A DNA stretch of 64,000 bases, taken from NCBI GenBank assembly GCA_031430395.1, contig JANPBK010000073.1:15099-79098 (forward strand). The letters are read 5' to 3'. The notes below the pieces were generated by a model. It saw only the letters and a list, made by a program, of their open reading frames with translations, was not told where the DNA came from and ran no database searches. Positions 27,163 to 37,801 of this stretch are shown here, one piece after another. This DNA comes from Cyclobacteriaceae bacterium. GTDB lineage: Bacteria; Bacteroidota; Bacteroidia; Cytophagales; Cyclobacteriaceae. Every line of letters begins with the position of its first letter. Position 1 is the stretch's first letter. The position numbers and the translations under genes were made by a program.

Positions 27163-28899
27163 ATGTCACAACCGAAGCCTAAATCAAAAGTTACCATTGG
27201 CCATGTATTTAAAACTATTATCTGGCCGAGGAAAAACATACTTTTTGTTGGATTACTGCTAATAATAATAAGCCGGGCTGCTGGTCTAGTTCCACCTTGG
27301 GCTACCAAGCCATTTATGGACGATATCCTCGTTCGTAGAGACCTCGATAAGCTCCCGGAACTACTAATTTGGGTGACTGTGGCAATATTAATTCAAGCTG
27401 TCACCTCCTTTTTGTTGACGAAAATCTTGAGTGTAGAAGCACAGCGTTTGATCTCTATACTACGATCAAATGTGCAGAAACATCTGTTACGACTTCCTAC
27501 TCGCTTTTTTGACAATCAAAAATCTGGCGCTTTAGTATCCAGAGTCATGAATGATGTGGAAGGAGTTAGAAATCTGGTTGGTACAGGGCTAGTACAATTG
27601 GTTGGGGGCGTTTTGACGGCCGTTATCTCTGTCATCTTTTTAATCAGTATCAATCCATTAATGACTTTGTTCATTTTGTTGCCCATGTCAATTTTCGGCA
27701 TAATCACATTGAAAGCTTTCTCTATCATCCGCCCTGTTTTTCGGGAACGTGGTAAAATAACGGCAGAAGTGACAGGGCGCTTAACCGAAACTTTAAATGG
27801 TGTTCGGGTAATCAAGGGTTTTAATGCTGAACAACAAGAAATAAAAGTTTTTGAAAAAGGAGTTGAACAACTTTTTCTAAACGTCAAGAAAAGTCTTACC
27901 TCCACTAGTTTCGTTACTAGTTCAGGAACATTTTTGGTCGGACTAGCCAGTGTCGGCATCATGGGGCTGAGTGGCTATTTCAATTTAACTGCCGGTGATT
28001 TCCTTCAGTTCACGATGTTCATGGTTTTCATGATCGCACCTATTGTACAAATGAGCAATATTGGAAGTCAGTTAACCGAAGCTTTCGCGGGACTTGATCG
28101 TACGGAAGAACTGATGAACATGCCCATCGAAGATGATGGAATATTGAGAACGATCAGTATGAACCAAATCAAAGGAAACATTGAGTTCAACGATGTTTCA
28201 TTCGCCTATGAAGAAGGGAAAGCAGTCTTAAAAAATATTAGTTTCTCCTCTCCTGCAGGATCGGTGACTGCCTTGGTAGGCACTTCCGGATCTGGTAAGA
28301 CAACCATTGCCGGCCTGGCGGCTACTTTCTTAAATCCAGAAAGTGGTTCCATCACAATTGACGGTATAGATATAGAAAAAGTATCATTGAATAGTTACCG
28401 AAGTCAATTAGGTGTAGTTCTTCAAGATGATTTTCTTTTTGAAGGTACCATTCGTGAAAACATTCTATTCCCCCGACCAAATGCGACTGACGATGAGCTT
28501 CAAAAAGCGGTAAGAGCTGCTTTTGTTCATGAGTTTACGGATCGTTTCGAGAAAGGACTAGAAACAGTGATTGGTGAAAGAGGTGTAAAATTATCCGGAG
28601 GTCAACGCCAACGTATTGCCATTGCACGAGCGATCTTGGCGAATCCAAGAATCTTAATTTTAGATGAAGCCACTTCCAATCTGGATACTGAAAGTGAAAG
28701 CTTCATACAGGACAGCTTAAAAACTTTGATGAAGGGGCGAACAACGTTCGTGATTGCTCATCGCTTGAGTACCATTCGGCAGGCGGATCAAATTTTAGTT
28801 GTTGAAGAAGGTCAAATTCAGGAACGTGGTAAACATGAAGAATTGATAGAAAAGAAAGGGAGATACTTTCAATTGTATACCTATCAGGCAAGAATATAA
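27163..28899 (+). CDS. ABC exporter, fused permease/ATP-binding (MsbA-like)
   Basis: N-terminal TMD; Walker A GTSGSGKTT; LSGGQRQR; ILILDEATS; VIAHRLST. Confidence 0.92.
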   Translation: MSQPKPKSKVTIGHVFKTIIWPRKNILFVGLLLIIISRAAGLVPPWATKPFMDDILVRRDLDKLPELLIWVTVAILIQAVTSFLLTKILSVEAQRLISILRSNVQKHLLRLPTRFFDNQKSGALVSRVMNDVEGVRNLVGTGLVQLVGGVLTAVISVIFLISINPLMTLFILLPMSIFGIITLKAFSIIRPVFRERGKITAEVTGRLTETLNGVRVIKGFNAEQQEIKVFEKGVEQLFLNVKKSLTSTSFVTSSGTFLVGLASVGIMGLSGYFNLTAGDFLQFTMFMVFMIAPIVQMSNIGSQLTEAFAGLDRTEELMNMPIEDDGILRTISMNQIKGNIEFNDVSFAYEEGKAVLKNISFSSPAGSVTALVGTSGSGKTTIAGLAATFLNPESGSITIDGIDIEKVSLNSYRSQLGVVLQDDFLFEGTIRENILFPRPNATDDELQKAVRAAFVHEFTDRFEKGLETVIGERGVKLSGGQRQRIAIARAILANPRILILDEATSNLDTESESFIQDSLKTLMKGRTTFVIAHRLSTIRQADQILVVEEGQIQERGKHEELIEKKGRYFQLYTYQARI

Positions 28900-28995
28900 T
28901 AATCTAGCATCCAATGTGGTCTATTATCTCTATCGTGAAGAAAATTAGCTTGTGTCAATCTGTAAAAGCTACTTGTGATGAGATTTCCTCATTTG

Positions 28996-31800
28996 TCACT
29001 CGTTACTAATTTCAATAATATGAACGCATCTTATAGGTTCTCCCTTTTCAGTTACTCCTTCTGCAACCAATCTATATTTGCCAGCCACATCGGAAGCGTA
29101 AAATGAAATAGTTGCTCTTCCCGTTATTGCATCTGTTTTCACCATGGGATTCCAGTATACGGTAGACCTACATTTACTATCCATTCCGACCGGACTCGTA
29201 GCTGAATAATTCAGATAATTAAATTTTCGAGGCCTGGAATAACCTATAACTTTCATCATTGTTGGACTATTGATAAGCGTTGATTCTTGATTCCCAATAT
29301 CTTTTCGCGTGTAGATAGCAACAATGCCATTGCCTCCGAGTGACCCATATAAGACATTAATACCCGTTTTGACTTCCACGGATTCAACCGTGTTTGGATC
29401 AATAGCCGACAAAATCTGTTCAGGTTTCCCGGTGACCACCACATCATTGATGGTGACGAGTACTTCAACAGGGTTTAAAAAAGAACTGCTACCAGATTTG
29501 TTAAGATACACAAACCAGGCGATGCCTTCGCCCCGATTATTTACCTGTCTGACTATCAGTCCGGGAATTTTACCTTGCAATGTTTGCAACAAATTACCAT
29601 AACTAGTATTTATGTCTTTTCTTCGAAGAATGAAATCTGGTCGACCGTATGGGCGAGTTACTCTGTCTACAGGTTTTTCGACTTCTACTTTAGCTGCTCG
29701 TATTTCAATTCCCTCTAACTCTCGCGTCCCCTTAATTGAAACAGGGCCTATGCAATCACGTGGTGAAAGATTTGTAGTAAGATTTGGAACAATGAGATCT
29801 TGTTCATTAAAATCAATGAAGGGGGATTCATGACTCTTTAACTCAGTCCTTCCATCTTTTTCTGCAGTCGTAGCCGGCCTTAATAAAAAACGGGTAGTAT
29901 CATAAAACACCAAACCGTTTACAGTAAATATTCCTTCCCGATTACTTTGGGTCATTGTATAATTAGGTGGATCCAATTGCACTACTTGCAATAATGTTCC
30001 AATTGGCTTATTTTGAATGTTCATAAATTTGCCAGAAAAATTTATTCCAAATTCCACCGGGTAACGAAGTTTTGCTTTTAATAAATCTGCATCCAGGATT
30101 CTCAGCGGATAAGAATTTAATATAGTTTTTGAAATTTCCAATGGAGCAACTTGAGAAAGATCAGTTATTGCTACAGAAAAATTAGATGCTAGCGGTTCAT
30201 CATCATCGCTCAAATTGAATATGAGTTTAATTTCTTCTTTTGGCTTATACGATTTTTTAATTGATTGGATGCGAAATATCTTTCCTTCTGTCCCCACATC
30301 AACCTCTAGTTCATTTGCTATTACGCGATTATCCATTTTAATAATTGGAATCGGTTTAACATATAGATTGTGATCTCCAAAATTTCGATTTAAAAGAGTA
30401 TATGCTCTTAAATAAATATTTCCTTCTATAAGGGTATTCGGTACAACAAAATCGTTGTGAAAAAACCCGCTGTCGATTCTAATTATTTTTGAACTTAGAA
30501 TTGCCTTTTTAGTACGATCGATCAATTCAACATAGACCGTACGGCTTAAAGAGTCCCGCCAAGCCGGCATATGATAATTCATATATCCTTTAAACCAGAT
30601 CGTTTCACCCGGATAATAGTACGGCTTATCGGTCTGAATATAAATTTGCTCATGATAAAAAGACAAATCTGATTGTTCTAAAACATTTTGTCCTCTGGTA
30701 GGATGATAATCTAATGGAAGCATATTTGCAACTCTTCCAATACTCATATCTCCGGAGACAACAACATCAGATGGGTTTTTTGGAAAACCATCCTGATTAA
30801 CAACTACAAAATCTTTGTTTATGGAAATCCAACTTACCGGCCCAGATACATCTGCGTAGATAGGTATATTGGCGCGTTCCTTATTATAGTGAATTTCTAC
30901 CCGGCCTTTCAGATAAATTTTATAGAAACGATCCTTAATAATAGGCACTACCATCCCGTTTGTATCGTAGTTCATCATCGTCTTGCCTAATTCAGAATAA
31001 AATGATGCGGATCTCGTTGTGGCCTTTTCAAATCCGGCCGATTCAGTAAATAAATTAAAACCCTCGGACTTAATTCTATTTTGTATAATAGATTTAAATA
31101 AATGATGGGGAGAGTGATCGTAAGATCGCTGCCTGTTCAATTGCCATTTCATGGATTCTTTCAAATCGCTGCTTTCTATTTCCGTAAAGCGTGCATCTCC
31201 GGCAATTACATATGCATTGCGCGTTGATCGAAAGTCGGCTAAATAGAAAATAACTTTATAACCGAGTGCACGGTTAGTGATTTCTATTGGTGCATTCGCT
31301 TTTGCCTCGAACACATCTTTCGAACGCGATGTTGGGAAATCTATAACCCAAGGATTTTCTATCGTGCTTAGTGCTGCCTGTTTATCTTCTCCTAAAAATA
31401 TCTTCCTGAATTTTTTCAATTTCTTCTCCCATTCCTTATCACGTGTTGCTGAAACGGCTACTTCTCCAAGCTGCACTTCTAACGGTATCAATTTGATATC
31501 ACCGACATTGATAACCGTACCAAGGAAATTGATTTTCGTTTTATGCGATTCGTATCCTACAAAAGAAAAAACAACCTCATATCCTCCCGGTTCACTCATC
31601 CCCATAAGTACAAAATCGCCCTGCGCATCTGTGACGGTGCCGATCGTAGTATTGTTTAGGAATATGTTAGCAAATGGAAGAGGTTCCAAGGTTTTGGCAT
31701 CCTTCACACGGCCAGTTATTTTTTGGGCTTCTGTAGAAATGGAAGCTATCGCTACTATAAGAATAGAAATGTATATGATATTCCAGTTGCCTTTTTTCAT
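28996..31800 (-). CDS. Fusion: carboxypeptidase-regulatory-like protein + MG2-like domain + TonB-plug-like domain
   Basis: Start ATG 31800. The N-terminal ~370 aa are paralogous to 11182..12435 and end in MLPLDY. Then EQIYIQTDKPYYYPGETIWFKGY (MG2-like), a plug-like NLLQTLQGKIPGL...DPNTVESVEVK...GNGIVAIYTR, and a C-terminal STVYWNP..TD..G.A..SFY..D..G.Y....EG. Confidence 0.75.
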   Translation of the reverse strand: MKKGNWNIIYISILIVAIASISTEAQKITGRVKDAKTLEPLPFANIFLNNTTIGTVTDAQGDFVLMGMSEPGGYEVVFSFVGYESHKTKINFLGTVINVGDIKLIPLEVQLGEVAVSATRDKEWEKKLKKFRKIFLGEDKQAALSTIENPWVIDFPTSRSKDVFEAKANAPIEITNRALGYKVIFYLADFRSTRNAYVIAGDARFTEIESSDLKESMKWQLNRQRSYDHSPHHLFKSIIQNRIKSEGFNLFTESAGFEKATTRSASFYSELGKTMMNYDTNGMVVPIIKDRFYKIYLKGRVEIHYNKERANIPIYADVSGPVSWISINKDFVVVNQDGFPKNPSDVVVSGDMSIGRVANMLPLDYHPTRGQNVLEQSDLSFYHEQIYIQTDKPYYYPGETIWFKGYMNYHMPAWRDSLSRTVYVELIDRTKKAILSSKIIRIDSGFFHNDFVVPNTLIEGNIYLRAYTLLNRNFGDHNLYVKPIPIIKMDNRVIANELEVDVGTEGKIFRIQSIKKSYKPKEEIKLIFNLSDDDEPLASNFSVAITDLSQVAPLEISKTILNSYPLRILDADLLKAKLRYPVEFGINFSGKFMNIQNKPIGTLLQVVQLDPPNYTMTQSNREGIFTVNGLVFYDTTRFLLRPATTAEKDGRTELKSHESPFIDFNEQDLIVPNLTTNLSPRDCIGPVSIKGTRELEGIEIRAAKVEVEKPVDRVTRPYGRPDFILRRKDINTSYGNLLQTLQGKIPGLIVRQVNNRGEGIAWFVYLNKSGSSSFLNPVEVLVTINDVVVTGKPEQILSAIDPNTVESVEVKTGINVLYGSLGGNGIVAIYTRKDIGNQESTLINSPTMMKVIGYSRPRKFNYLNYSATSPVGMDSKCRSTVYWNPMVKTDAITGRATISFYASDVAGKYRLVAEGVTEKGEPIRCVHIIEISNE

Positions 31801-31971
31801 CAACTTATTGCACAAAAAATTAATTCGTTTAAGCATTACTTAGAAGATAATTTTTATCTAAAGGAAAATTATCCTCTCTTACCGCATCATAAGAATTAAA
31901 TTGGATTCTTTTCATGATACTTGATCCCAAACAAATTTAGGTAAAAGTCCAGGCTATAAAAACTTCAAAGA

Positions 31972-32001
31972 AAGAAAGGCCACAATGATGTGGCCTTTCT
32001 T
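31972..32001 (-). terminator. Intrinsic terminator of the BNR-repeat gene
   Basis: AAGAAAGGCCACA-atga-TGTGGCCTTTCTT with a pyrimidine tail on the minus strand. Confidence 0.8.
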
Positions 32002-32036
32002 AGCCATTACTTCGCTAAACCATTTTACAATTCAAT

Positions 32037-35000
32037 CTACTGCCTTTTCAATGGTTGATAATTGATAAATGGAGAGATAGTCACTTTCTCCATCACGCTA
32101 CGATATCCTAGCCATGTCCTTTCATAAAATCCGTTGACCCGCTGGATCAGTTTATTGATTTGTTGTTCCGCTTGCTGAAATACGCGTTGATCCGTAGCAC
32201 TAACAGGATCCTTTGACGAACTAATAAAAAATTGCGCGGTTCCGATATAGGAGATCGGAGTTGGGTCAGGCTGCCTTACTATCCCTTGTCGTTTGTCTTC
32301 TTTACCAACAATATAATCCATGATAGCCACAATGGAATCTTTGATCACTTTGGTTTTATCCGTTGCCTCTTTCAAATCATCTCTTTTTGTGTCCTTCATT
32401 TTCTTTTCAAATTCCTCCGCGATTTCTTTCGACTCACGCAAACGATCCATCGCTTGCGAACCCAACGCTGTCATTTTTTGCAAATCCTTAATCATATTAT
32501 AACGAGCGATGATGGTTGCCTCTATATTTGAATAGCGTGGATCTGATTTCACATTGATCATCGCTGAATCTTTCACTCCTCCAAAAGTCATTCTAAGTTT
32601 GTAAGTGCCGGGTAGAACTTGAGTACCGGATGGTTCTGCTGCTCCTGCTTTGGTTTTTTCTCTAGATGCCTGACGTACTCCCTTTTCGTTCAGCGACCAG
32701 GTAGTGCGATTAAGTCCATTGTCTTCCGGAGTCTTTTGCTTGATGGTTCGAATTTTTTCGCCTTTGCTATTGAAGACTTCGAGCATAAGTGAATCGTATT
32801 TCGGTTTCTTATCATCCTTTACTTCCTCCTTTTTTTCATCCTTCTTTTCAACCGATTTTACATCCTTCTTGGTGTCAGTTTTCTTTGCGTCCGATTTGGT
32901 ATCCGTTGATTTTGATTCTTCCTTTTTTACATCTGGTTTATTGATCACAAACGAAATCATCGCGCCTGTTGTTCGGTTTTCGCCTTGAAACATCGCATTA
33001 CCGGGGAACAAAATTCCAGCAGGATCTTGCGTCACCACTTGATACGCATCGGGGGCATCGAAAACGTGAATTGTTTTATTCAAGACTTGTGTTCCCTCTT
33101 TCACCATCTCTCGCAAGGGACGAATGTCATCCAGGATGTAAAGAGCTCGCCCAAAAGTACCAATGGCCAAATCGTGTTCACGAGGATGAATTACTAAATC
33201 CATAGTCGGCACTCCTGCAGGATAGCCACTTGTCCAACGAGTATAATTCTTACATTCATCTAAACTCACCCACATGCCATTTTCAGTCCCCAGAAAAATA
33301 AGTTTAGGCTCAAGTAAATCTTGTACTACCGAAAGGGTATAATTGTTTTCCCCCAATTGACTGGATGGAGCCATGTTCTCCCATGTTTGGCCATAATCTT
33401 TAGAATGAAATAGATAGGGTTTAAAATCAAATTGTCTGTAATTATTTACCACCACAAATACTTCTGCTGCATTGTAGGTTGAAGCTTGCACTTGAGGAAT
33501 CCATGCCCCCTTTGGCATGCCTGTAATTTTAGAAGTCAGGTTAGTCCATGTTTTTCCTGCATCTCTGGAAAGTTGCACTTGTCCATCATCGGTGCCCACC
33601 CACAATACACCCTTTTCTTTAGGGCTCGGGGCGATTGCTAAAATCGTACAATGGTTCTCTGCACCTGTTGCATCCATCGTGATACCACCACTCTCATGTT
33701 GCTTCTGCTTTTCTTTATCATTGGTAGAAAGGTCACCTGAAATAATCTCCCAAGTCGTTCCTTTGTCAGTTGACTTGTGAACAAATTGACTTCCATAATA
33801 AATAGTCGCCTTATCAAATGGATCCAATGCCAGAGCCGAGTTCCAATTGAATCGCAACTTGAATGTTGCCTCGGGATGGGTTGGTCTTATAATCTTTGTA
33901 TGGCCCGTCTTGCGATCATACCTTCCTAAGAATCCACCTTGCGACATCGAATATCCATATCGATTATCTTCCGGATCTGCCTGCACATCAAAACCATCAC
34001 CAAACATCACAGTCTGCCAATAGGTGTTTTGAATTCCACCGTCTTTCCAGGTATAGGCCGGCCCTACCCATGATCCATTGTCTTGCAATCCACCGTACAC
34101 ATTATAGGGTTGATCCATGTCTACACTCACATGATAAAACTGACCTACCGGTATGTTTTCTACAAATCGCCAATTCTTTCCGTAGTCATGGGTAATGTTT
34201 AATCCACCATCATTCCCATCTACCATAAACGATGGATCTTCAGGGCTGATCCACCAGGCGTGATGATCGGGGTGAACACCTGAGTAAGGCAATAATTTCT
34301 GAAATGATTTTCCACCATCTTCACTCACATTCACTTCAGAATAGATCGTGTACAATCTGTTTTCATTCTTAGGATCTGCATGGATTTCGCAATAGTAAAA
34401 AGGTCGATCTCCAATTTCATTCATCTTGTCATTGATCATCGACCATTTAAATCCCCCGTCTGAAGATTTATAGAGCGCATTTTTCTTATTTTCAATTAAT
34501 GCATAAACTACGTCTGGTTTATTCGCGGAGATTGCCAAACCCATGCGTCCTAATTCGCCTTCCGGCAAACCGTCTTTATCTGATTTCTTTGTCCACGTCT
34601 TACCGCCATCAAAAGTGATGTGAAGGCCCGAACCCGGTCCACCTGATTTAAATGTCCATGGCCAACGCTTGTGCTGCCACATAGCAGCAATCAATTTATT
34701 CGGATTGGATGGATCCATCACTAAATCGGCACATCCGGTTTTATCATCTACAAATAATACTCTTTCCCAATTCGCACCTCCATCTATAGACTTGTAAACA
34801 CCCCGCTCAGGATGCTCACCCCAGGGCGAACCGATGGCAGCAACATAAATGATGTTTGAATTCTTAGGATCAATAATGATACGATGGATATTGCGGGTTT
34901 TCTCCAAGCCCATCACTTTCCAATTCTTACCACCATCTAAACTTTTATAAATACCATAACCACCGTTCAGGCTATTGCGTGGATTTCCTTCACCGGTTCC

Positions 35001-35318
35001 CACCCATAACACAGATGGATTATCTTGCTGAATCGCAACCGCACCAATCGAAATCACATTTTCTTTATCGAAGATAGGCTCCCAGCTTATACCTGCGCTA
35101 GTTGTTTTCCAAAGTCCACCGGAAGCCGAACCGGCATACATGATATCTGTATTCGAATGAACTACATCTATAGCAGTAATACGTCCACTCATTCCTGCTG
35201 GTCCAATCGAGCGAGGCTTCATGCCCTTTAGCTTATCCATATCCAGCTTTTGTGCAAACGAGATAAGGCTTAAATGTGCCATTATTAACGTAATAAGAAA
35301 GGGTATATATTTTTTCAT
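32037..35318 (-). CDS. Secreted BNR/Asp-box (VPS10/sialidase-like) beta-propeller protein
   Basis: RSIGPAGMSGRI start; many S/T-x-D-G-G-x-x/T-W Asp-boxes; HPDHHAWW; YGGLQDNGSW; K/D/E-rich linker near aa 800. Confidence 0.85.
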   Translation of the reverse strand: MKKYIPFLITLIMAHLSLISFAQKLDMDKLKGMKPRSIGPAGMSGRITAIDVVHSNTDIMYAGSASGGLWKTTSAGISWEPIFDKENVISIGAVAIQQDNPSVLWVGTGEGNPRNSLNGGYGIYKSLDGGKNWKVMGLEKTRNIHRIIIDPKNSNIIYVAAIGSPWGEHPERGVYKSIDGGANWERVLFVDDKTGCADLVMDPSNPNKLIAAMWQHKRWPWTFKSGGPGSGLHITFDGGKTWTKKSDKDGLPEGELGRMGLAISANKPDVVYALIENKKNALYKSSDGGFKWSMINDKMNEIGDRPFYYCEIHADPKNENRLYTIYSEVNVSEDGGKSFQKLLPYSGVHPDHHAWWISPEDPSFMVDGNDGGLNITHDYGKNWRFVENIPVGQFYHVSVDMDQPYNVYGGLQDNGSWVGPAYTWKDGGIQNTYWQTVMFGDGFDVQADPEDNRYGYSMSQGGFLGRYDRKTGHTKIIRPTHPEATFKLRFNWNSALALDPFDKATIYYGSQFVHKSTDKGTTWEIISGDLSTNDKEKQKQHESGGITMDATGAENHCTILAIAPSPKEKGVLWVGTDDGQVQLSRDAGKTWTNLTSKITGMPKGAWIPQVQASTYNAAEVFVVVNNYRQFDFKPYLFHSKDYGQTWENMAPSSQLGENNYTLSVVQDLLEPKLIFLGTENGMWVSLDECKNYTRWTSGYPAGVPTMDLVIHPREHDLAIGTFGRALYILDDIRPLREMVKEGTQVLNKTIHVFDAPDAYQVVTQDPAGILFPGNAMFQGENRTTGAMISFVINKPDVKKEESKSTDTKSDAKKTDTKKDVKSVEKKDEKKEEVKDDKKPKYDSLMLEVFNSKGEKIRTIKQKTPEDNGLNRTTWSLNEKGVRQASREKTKAGAAEPSGTQVLPGTYKLRMTFGGVKDSAMINVKSDPRYSNIEATIIARYNMIKDLQKMTALGSQAMDRLRESKEIAEEFEKKMKDTKRDDLKEATDKTKVIKDSIVAIMDYIVGKEDKRQGIVRQPDPTPISYIGTAQFFISSSKDPVSATDQRVFQQAEQQINKLIQRVNGFYERTWLGYRSVMEKVTISPFINYQPLKRQ

Positions 35319-35619
35319 TCCTTTAGATTTTTAGGTAGCCAAATATAGATTATTGAAAGTATCATTATGGATAGACATTGATGAATGCATTGTCTTTTTG
35401 ATGAATGGCAAACTGCCTAAAACGCGGCTAAAATATCTGCCTACAATCCTAATAAAGCAGACCTTGAATAGCCTTTGAATCTAAATCCACGAAATGAGCG
35501 AGAATCTGGGATCCTCTTGATAGCGATAAAAAATAAATTATAACACAAGAAAATCGCTCAAATACGGTTATTTTTGACATTCAAAATGGTAATAGACCTA
35601 TACTAAATCATAAATCGAA

Positions 35620-37248
35620 ATGGCTGAGATAGTACGCATGCCCAAGATGAGCGACACCATGATCGAAGGGGTGATTGCAAAATGGCATAAAAAAGTAGGT
35701 GACTCTGTGAAAACGGGAGAGCTAATGGCTGAAATCGAAACCGATAAAGCCACCATGGATTATGAATCATTTAATGCAGGCACTGTATTGTACCTGGGAG
35801 CAAAAGAGGGCGAACCCGTTCAAATAAATGGTGTGCTTGCCATAGTGGGAAATAAAGGCGAAGACTATTCGGCACTTTTAGCTGGGGCTAACTCAGCAGC
35901 GGCAACTGGTGGCGCAAAGGCCGAACAGCCGAAACAAGAAGTAAAAGCAGAAGCATCATCAGTATCCATTGACACCATGGGTATTAAAGCTGAAATCGCT
36001 TTGATGCCTAAGATGAGCGACACAATGAGTGAAGGAGTTATTGCCGCTTGGCATAAAAAAGTAGGCGATCAAGTAAAGACTGGAGAGTTATTGGCTGAAA
36101 TCGAGACGGACAAAGCTACGATGGACTACGAATCCTACAGCACCGGGACTCTACTCTACGTTGGCGCAAACGCGAAAGAGGCGGTAAAGATCAACGGTGT
36201 TCTCGCCATTGTCGGAGAAAAAGGCGCTGACTGGCAAACATTATTGAAAGCCCATGAGCAAAAAAATTCAGTGGTAACTACAGCTGCTGCCTCGTCACCC
36301 AAAGCTGTTTCTGTTTCTGCTCCTGCGGCAAACGCCTCCAACGGCACATCAGATTCTTCGACCAATGGAAGAGTAAAAGCCTCTCCTCTCGCCAAAAGCA
36401 TCGCGAAAGAACTAGGTTACGATATTAGCAAGATTACTGGCACGGGAGATAGTGGACGAGTTACCAAACAGGATGTAGAAAACTACAAACCTTCTGCTCA
36501 AACGGCTACTGCCGCTCCATCAAAATCATCAGCAGCACCTGTTGTGTTGCCGCAAGTAGTGGGCAAAGAAAGCTTTGAAGAAATTCCGGTTTCTCAGATG
36601 AGAAAAACCATCGCGAAGAGATTGGCTGAAAGCAAATTTTCTGCTCCTCATTTCTATCTCACCATGGAGATTAATATGGATAAGGCCATTGAAGCGCGCA
36701 AAAGCATGAATGAAATTGCTCCTGTGAAGATTTCGTTTAATGATATGGTAATCAAGGCTGTGGCCGCTGCCCTTCGTCAAAACCCGGATGTGAATGTGAG
36801 TTGGCTGGGCGATAAGATGCGTAAGAATCATCACATCCACATTGGCGTGGCTGTTGCTGTCAAAGATGGATTACTCGTTCCCGTCATTCGCTTTGCCGAT
36901 AATAAATCACTCTCACACATTGCCGTAGAGGTAAAAGACTTAGCGCAAAAAGCACACGATAAAAAACTACAACCAAGCGATTGGGAAGGAAGCACTTTTA
37001 CTATCTCGAATTTGGGAATGTTTGGCATTGAAGATTTTACGGCCATCATCAACCCACCGGATGCTTGTATTCTTGCAATTGGCGGAATTAAAGAAACTGC
37101 TATTGTTAAAAATGGCCAACTCGTTCCGGGTAGTGTGATGAAAGTGACGATGTCATGTGATCACAGAGCCGTAGATGGTGCGGTAGGTGCTGCGTTTCTT
37201 AAAACATTGAAGGGTTTACTTGAAGATCCGGTGCGGATTCTGATTTAA
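35620..37248 (+). CDS. pdhC: Pyruvate dehydrogenase E2, dihydrolipoamide acetyltransferase (two lipoyl domains)
   Basis: Two EIETDKATMD lipoyl motifs, binding domain ASPLAKSIA..GTGDSGRVTKQD, catalytic SCDHRAVDGA. Confidence 0.95.
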   Translation: MAEIVRMPKMSDTMIEGVIAKWHKKVGDSVKTGELMAEIETDKATMDYESFNAGTVLYLGAKEGEPVQINGVLAIVGNKGEDYSALLAGANSAAATGGAKAEQPKQEVKAEASSVSIDTMGIKAEIALMPKMSDTMSEGVIAAWHKKVGDQVKTGELLAEIETDKATMDYESYSTGTLLYVGANAKEAVKINGVLAIVGEKGADWQTLLKAHEQKNSVVTTAAASSPKAVSVSAPAANASNGTSDSSTNGRVKASPLAKSIAKELGYDISKITGTGDSGRVTKQDVENYKPSAQTATAAPSKSSAAPVVLPQVVGKESFEEIPVSQMRKTIAKRLAESKFSAPHFYLTMEINMDKAIEARKSMNEIAPVKISFNDMVIKAVAAALRQNPDVNVSWLGDKMRKNHHIHIGVAVAVKDGLLVPVIRFADNKSLSHIAVEVKDLAQKAHDKKLQPSDWEGSTFTISNLGMFGIEDFTAIINPPDACILAIGGIKETAIVKNGQLVPGSVMKVTMSCDHRAVDGAVGAAFLKTLKGLLEDPVRILI

Positions 37249-37261
37249 TCAATAATTATAC

Positions 37262-37801
37262 ATGGATAAAATTCATGCTACCACCATTCTTGCCGTACAA
37301 CATAATGGTCAGGTAGCCATCGGTGGTGATGGACAAGCAACCATGGGTAATACCATTGCAAAGAGTAACGTAAAAAAAATACGAAGGCTCCAAGAAGGAA
37401 AAGTGTTAACAGGATTTGCCGGATCCACTGCGGATGCCTTTACCTTACTAGATCGGTTTGATGAAAAACTCAATGCCTACGGAGGTAATATGAAACGCGC
37501 TGCCATTGAACTTGCCAAAGATTGGCGCACAGATCGTTTTCTTCGCAGATTAGAAGCGATGTTAATCGCAGTGAACAAAGATGAAATTTTAGTTATTTCA
37601 GGAACGGGCGATGTATTAGAACCCGACCATCAGGTGGCTGCCATCGGCTCCGGTTCCATGTATGCCCAATCGGCCGCATTAGCCTTAAAGAAACACGCCC
37701 CTCATTTGACTGCCGAAGAGATGGTACGCGAAAGCTTAACGATAGCCGCTGACATCTGTATTTATACGAATCATAATTTAATAGTAGAGAAAATTAATTA
37801 A
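37262..37801 (+). CDS. hslV: ATP-dependent protease proteolytic subunit HslV
   Basis: HA|[46 protein letters not shown]. Confidence 0.95.
   Translation: MDKIHATTILAVQHNGQVAIGGDGQATMGNTIAKSNVKKIRRLQEGKVLTGFAGSTADAFTLLDRFDEKLNAYGGNMKRAAIELAKDWRTDRFLRRLEAMLIAVNKDEILVISGTGDVLEPDHQVAAIGSGSMYAQSAALALKKHAPHLTAEEMVRESLTIAADICIYTNHNLIVEKIN

Noticed and set aside
31846-31873. GATAATTTT-N10-AAAATTATC inverted repeat upstream of the fusion gene
   Set aside because: Very AT-rich, so likely to occur by chance; no supporting copy.
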